Positions 58,828 to 64,000 of a stretch of DNA of 64,000 nucleotides are shown piece after piece. The stretch's first letter is position 1. Each line of letters opens with the position of its first letter. The position numbers and the translations under genes are program-made. Below the pieces are notes generated by a model, which was not told where the DNA came from, did not search any database, and saw nothing but the letters and a program-made list of their open reading frames with translations. This DNA is from Chlorokybus atmophyticus (lineage: Eukaryota; Plantae; Mesostigma and Chlorokybus algae). Location: positions 132,472 to 196,471 of the forward strand of contig RHPI01003330.1 in assembly GCA_009103225.1 (NCBI GenBank). The letters run 5' to 3'.

Positions 58828-61298
58828 TCACCGCCTGGAGGAGAGGAGCTGGCGCTGGAGCTCCTCAAGCTCTTCTGCAACCTTGTCAATGTTCTCGAGG
58901 CGTTTAGGCACGGGCGGGTGTGTGGCGAGGAGCTCAAGTAGGCCGCTAAAGAGGCCCCCGCTGCCGGGCTGACCGGGAGCGGGGCTCGCTGCGTGGATGA
59001 ACAGGTGCGCGTAGTGCCGCTGACCACCGATGGACTTCTCGCTCGCGTTCTTCTCAATCTTGACCAGCACTGACTTCATCGCCTCAGGTGTCGCAAACGC
59101 GGACCCTGCCGCATCAGCTGTGCACGCGTGCGTGAGTGAGTAAGCAAGTGTGAGCGCAGTGGTGAGCGTGCATATGTGCGGGTGCCCGTCAGCATATGTG
59201 CGCGCATGCACACTGTTGTTCAGCAGCGCATGTGTGCTTGCGCATGTTCCTGTGTTCGTTTTGTTTTCTCTTTGTGTGTATGGGGGGAGGCCACCATCGC
59301 CGCCGCCGCCGCCGCCATGACGCCCCTGGCACCCACGGCGATTATTTGGTTAGGGTTTGCAACATAGCTGCGAGCACAGCTGCAGGCGATGGCGACGGGC
59401 GGGGGAGGCGTGGTGGGGTCGTCATCGTCGTCGTTAACGACGTCCGGAGCGACAGGGNGAAGTAGGTAGCAAGGCCCACGACAGTAAGAGGCACTCCGAG
59501 CATCTGGATGCCCATGTTATTGCGCTGCATTCATGCACACGTACAGTTAGCACTTGCAGTTGATATCTTGATCCCACCCCACCACAGACACATTGCAGAA
59601 AGTCAGAGCAAGACAGCGTCATGCACCTGTGATGCAGCTTGTTGATAGCGCGGGTCCCTCTGGTAGGGATTGTATTGCCCTCTCCTTTGCGGAGGTGGTC
59701 CCTACAGAAGCATACAGAAGGTTGAAGGTTGGCCAACACTCAAACCATCTGATATGAAAAGTACACCAAAACACTGTTGACGACAACAGCATAGCTGTTT
59801 ACTTGGCCAGGAAGGAAGCGTCCATAGTCGAGCAGCAGGCGGCCAGCAATGAACACACCGTAGAAGCCAAACAGCACCGAAGCCAAGTGAGTCCCGCTCT
59901 TGCTATCGCCATGGATAATGTGACCGATCTCGTGACCAAGCACAGCCTTCAGCTCATTCCTATCTGCCTGGCAAGGCAAGGCAGGCGTGTATGGCTTTGT
60001 GTAATAATCAAGTTGAGTGACATTGTCTCGTGTGTGCTCATCTGCAAGTGTATGTGCGTGCACCCATGCTCACACCTTCTGGAGCATGCCGGTGGTGACG
60101 GTAACAGCTGCCTCGTCAGGGTTCAGCCCCGCGGCAAAGGCGTTCATGTCCGGTTTGTCAAGGATGAAGACAGAGGGCACGGGGATACCCGCGTCCGCTG
60201 CAATCTCCTCCACAACACTGTACAGATCCCTGAACCTGCGAGGCAATGTACTATCATCAACTCAACCTTTTTTGTGACCTGTTACCAAACAAGGAGATGT
60301 GCCCAGACACGCAGCATACTTGGTGCGGTCAGCGGGACGGCCACCAACAGCCATGGCCACAGCGGGCCCGCTGCCCTGCTTTGAAAACTGCAAGCGCGAG
60401 AACTGGAACAGCGCCAACCCGCTCACCACCGTCGCAAATGCTGCTGCAATACTGTTGTGGCACAATAACAATGGGAAACAGACGACAAAACCAGTCAGCA
60501 AGAAAAAGCCAGTGTTTGGGCACGCAGTTGTTCGTTAAGCACATATGTACGCGTGCAGTATGTGTACATTGTGTGGTAATACCACAGCGACCAGCCAGGT
60601 GACCAACCTGCCGGGCGGCAGATCGAAGGTGCTGTGAAGCAAGAACTCCAGCGCAAGCGCTCCACTACCTGTTAACGCATGAGTGAGCAACCAAACAGCA
60701 GTAAGCACTGTGAACACAGATCATGTGTGATCACCTCCCACTCGCGTGCCATGAGCGCCAACACGCACCTGTTAGTGCTCCAAAGACACCCCAGTAGAAG
60801 ATCACGCGCTCGTTGCCGCTCTTCTGCAGGCGGCTGAGGTAGGTCTTGGCAGCCTCCTTAACGACGAGGGCGGTGGAGGTGGAGGACGTCGTTGCCGGCG
60901 GCGAGGACAGTGGATTCCTCCCGCCAAACAAGGCCTGAAACAGAGTGTTGGTGGCATGCATGCATGCATGCATGCGAGGTGTTGATAGTTATGAACATGT
61001 GCTCACCTCAACGGTGAAGGTGAGCTTTGGTGTTTGACATTGCCGCTTGGAGGCCCGCACATGGTCGCCGAAGAAGAGGCCTTTGGGCAAATTCTCTGTT
61101 GCATTTGGTTACACCATGAGTACACAACATTAGCACAACAACACGAACACCGTGTGCAGGATGCATGCTGGAGAGTAACTGACCAGTGCGGAAGTGCAGT
61201 GGGGAGCGGCGCTGCACCCGCCCGCTTCCAACTGAAGTTGAGGACAGGCGCGAAGAAGGGATGGAGAGGGACGCGCACACCACCACCGACGACGACAT
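58828..61298 (-). CDS. HtpX-like M48 zinc metalloprotease with transit-like N-terminus; one exon missing at the N at 59458
   Basis: VVEEIAADAGIPVPSVFILDKPDMNAFAAG..AAVTVTTGMLQ, ELKAVLGHEIGHIIHGD (HExxH), DAAG, LLATHPPVPKRL. Confidence 0.88.
59289..59457 (+). repeat. Exact 169-bp copy of 53627-53795, abutting a single N
   Basis: Base-for-base identical by inspection from GGCCACCATCGCC to CGGAGCGACAGGG. Confidence 0.93.
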
Positions 61299-61944
61299 TG
61301 TCGCCGACTCCACCACCGTCGCCGCCGCCGCGAACACTGCCTACGACACCAACACTGGCGCAGTGGTGTACACACTGCAAGCAACAGTATCGCCGATATC
61401 CGTGGCAGATCCACCAGCAAGATGGGGCTGATGGGGCGTGCAGTTCGCTAACGTTGCTACATCGACAGAACGGCCGGTCTGCGCCGTCACTCAAATGCGT
61501 GACCTGCGTCCTTGATGTCAACTGAAACACGGAAGGCCTGAGCGTCGGCGTTTTGCTTGGGTGCCACGTCAGATGTTACGGACCTTGCATGCTGGCGTGC
61601 AGAAGATGTCCACGCTAATGCCTGATAGAATCTTCTGGCCTGCGTTTAGAGAGGGTCTCAGCAGCGACGTACGGGACATCTAGGGTTTCGTGGCAAAGCT
61701 GAACTTACTCTGTTTAGCAATCTCAGATGACAAATTGCAGCAGCGGGGCGGTGGCGGCGGCGGCAGTGGTGGTGGAGGTGGTGGAGGCGGCGAAGGTGGG
61801 AGTGGAGGACGAGGACGGCAGGGAGGAGTGATTTGAGGGTGATGGACTGCGTAAAACAGCTGCTGGATTGATACATTGCGGTGGATTGGAGGCTCTTGCG
61901 CAAGGAAGACTTAGCCTTGGTCGGCCGCTGCCTGTGGAGTTGCC

Positions 61945-64000
61945 ATGCTTGGGGCCGCCGTAAGCTTGGTGGAGAGCTTGCCGGCGTGGTTGTCGTCCTC
62001 ATCTGCAGCGTATGCTGCCGATGGGAGCGTTTGCAGATGGCCGGCCAGGCCAAGGAGACGGCCGGCCGCTCGATCTCAGCGGCACAGCCGCAGCAGCCGG
62101 AGCCGCAAGCAGCATGCATTGTGCATGGCTGCAAGCCAGGATGCTGCTACCACAGCAGAGCAGCAGGAGCCTCCTAGAATGGCAGTAACTCAGGTAATAT
62201 GAGCATTCAATTTTCACTTGAGTGCAAAACACGTGGTTCGGGACATTGCGTTTGCCTGCTTGGAAGGCTGGGTGGTGCCTGCTTGTCTACGAAATTAGCT
62301 GTGCAAAGCGTTCATGGTGTCTGTAGCACAAGCGTCAGTAACTGACAGGATGGCTCTAAGCACGACAATGTGCAAAGCGTGTTAGTTTGCTCGCATCTTC
62401 GTGTGTGTGCGTGCGTGCGAATGTCAATGCCAACCAGATCAATCACATGTTTCATGGTAGAGGGCATGGCAGTGCTGTTGGACTACCTTCCTGTAACGCG
62501 TTCAATAGGCTGCATGCACTAAGTGGAACAGTGCACTGAGTGTGCCACAGCAGCTCAACGATTACGTAAGCAGACAATAACAAAGCTGCACGGCTGTGAT
62601 CTGCAAAGGTGTCCCCTGGAACGGCATCGTCAGTCACACACGTCCTTAATAGCTTGCTTGATTGAGGCACATTGGTCCAGTCCGACTACTGTCCAAAACG
62701 ACATGCATTGCCTTGGGATGTTCAACAGTTGCTATAGCAGGACGATGACCATGCGGTGGGGATCAGCGGCTATGCGCACACCGACAACGTGGAAGAGGCA
62801 ACCATGAGGCATGTCTCCAGTCGCTCGCAGCCCTCATTCAAGGGCACCTCAATAGAGATTAGGGATTTAGTGAAGCAGGTATGTGGTTGCCTGTCTCCGT
62901 CGTATACGCTGTTATTCTGTCACATGCAAACACGTCCATGTTGCAGTACTCTACCAAAACTGGCTACTTTTTGGCGGTTGACAATGTATCATTAATTATT
63001 AGGCCCGGCGCGCTGATGGCCCTGTTAGGTGAGACCACTTGATCTTCGTGGCACTCGATGTGACCAGTGCCCTGACAGATCAATGTCTGATTCACGCAGG
63101 ACCTTCTGGGTCAGGTAAGACCACATTGCTGCGGACGATTGCGGGCTTAGATAACCCCACCTCAGGAAGCGTTTTCTTTGATGGCGAAGATGTTACGGAC
63201 TCCCGAGTGCAAGTACGCCATGCAGTGGCAGCTTCAATTGCACAGCATGTCGCTGTCTTATGGTCAGGATGCCATGGGTTCGGCGTTGATCGTGCTCTGA
63301 TTAACATAGTTGTTACTGCCAGGATCGAGGCATTGGTATGGTCTTCCAAAACTATGCTCTGTTCAAGCACATGACGGTTGCAGAAAATGTTGGGTTTGGT
63401 CCATACATTCAAAGGCAATCAAAGGTAAGAACCCGCGGCATGCACCAGCTTGTCACTGGTATTGATTTGGCATTACAGGCAAGGATAAAAACAAAGGTGA
63501 AGGAGTTGTTGGAGCTCATTCAGTTGCCCAACCTGGGGAATCGGTTTCCGCAAGAGGTACTGATAGAACCTTTGATTCCTTGCTCATTGCATGCATTACA
63601 TGCAACATCTTACTGGCTCTCCGCTGCTGGAGCTTCAGTGCATCTAGTACATTACTGGTGTTGCATTTGAAGCACACCAACTTGTCGTGCAGCTTTCTGG
63701 TGGACAGCGACAGCGGGTTGCATTGGCGAGAGCACTAGCCTGTGAACCGCGAGTCTTGCTACTTGATGAACCGTTTGGAGCCCTGGATGCTGTTGTTCGT
63801 CAAGTAAGGAGACTGTTCTGTAGTCCGTATTGTGTACCGGCATTGTCATCTGAAGAAACATGCACAGGATCTACGGGTGTGGTTGAAGGAGTTGCATCAT
63901 TCGTTGGGAATGACGACCATCTTCGTTACGCATGATCAAGTATGTGCCTGCCCTTGAGCCTACCGTCAGCTGTATATGTACTCGAATCATATGGTAAAGT
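61945..64000 (+). CDS. cysA: CysA-like sulfate ABC transporter ATP-binding subunit with plastid-type transit peptide, 3' partial
   Basis: Walker [96 protein letters not shown]; Ser/Arg/Ala-rich first exon. Confidence 0.82.

Overview
Eukaryotic, intron-rich nuclear DNA from a green alga (inferred from plastid-type transit peptides, a selenocysteine elongation factor, plant-type PI-PLC and a stem-loop histone gene; species not determinable). Genes were assembled by hand from GT-AG exons, so exon boundaries are approximate. Genes: DUF3506/cyclin-D1-binding-domain gene (5' partial), head-to-head glutaredoxin pair, SMP-30/gluconolactonase, EFSec with a same-strand histone H4 nested in one intron, NHL-BTB gene plus tandem pseudogene, fused YeeE/YedE transporter, Tudor-SN, PI-PLC, secreted-type sulfotransferase, TrmB, a 59-aa transmembrane ORF ahead of a RING-PHD gene, HtpX-like M48 protease and CysA-like ABC ATPase (3' partial). 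The first 9.5 kb is a repeat nest. It holds a TG...CA-bounded 2.1-kb insertion made of three TRIM-like PBS-internal-PPT-LTR units capped by a different terminal module built from an almost fully hairpin 165-bp repeat, and a decayed CRE-type non-LTR retrotransposon. The best leads are this composite retroelement, the nested H4, the candidate bicistronic small ORF and two very short divergent start-codon spacings. N gaps lie at 15699-15820, 24507-24836 and 38223-38432, with single Ns at 29913 and 59458.
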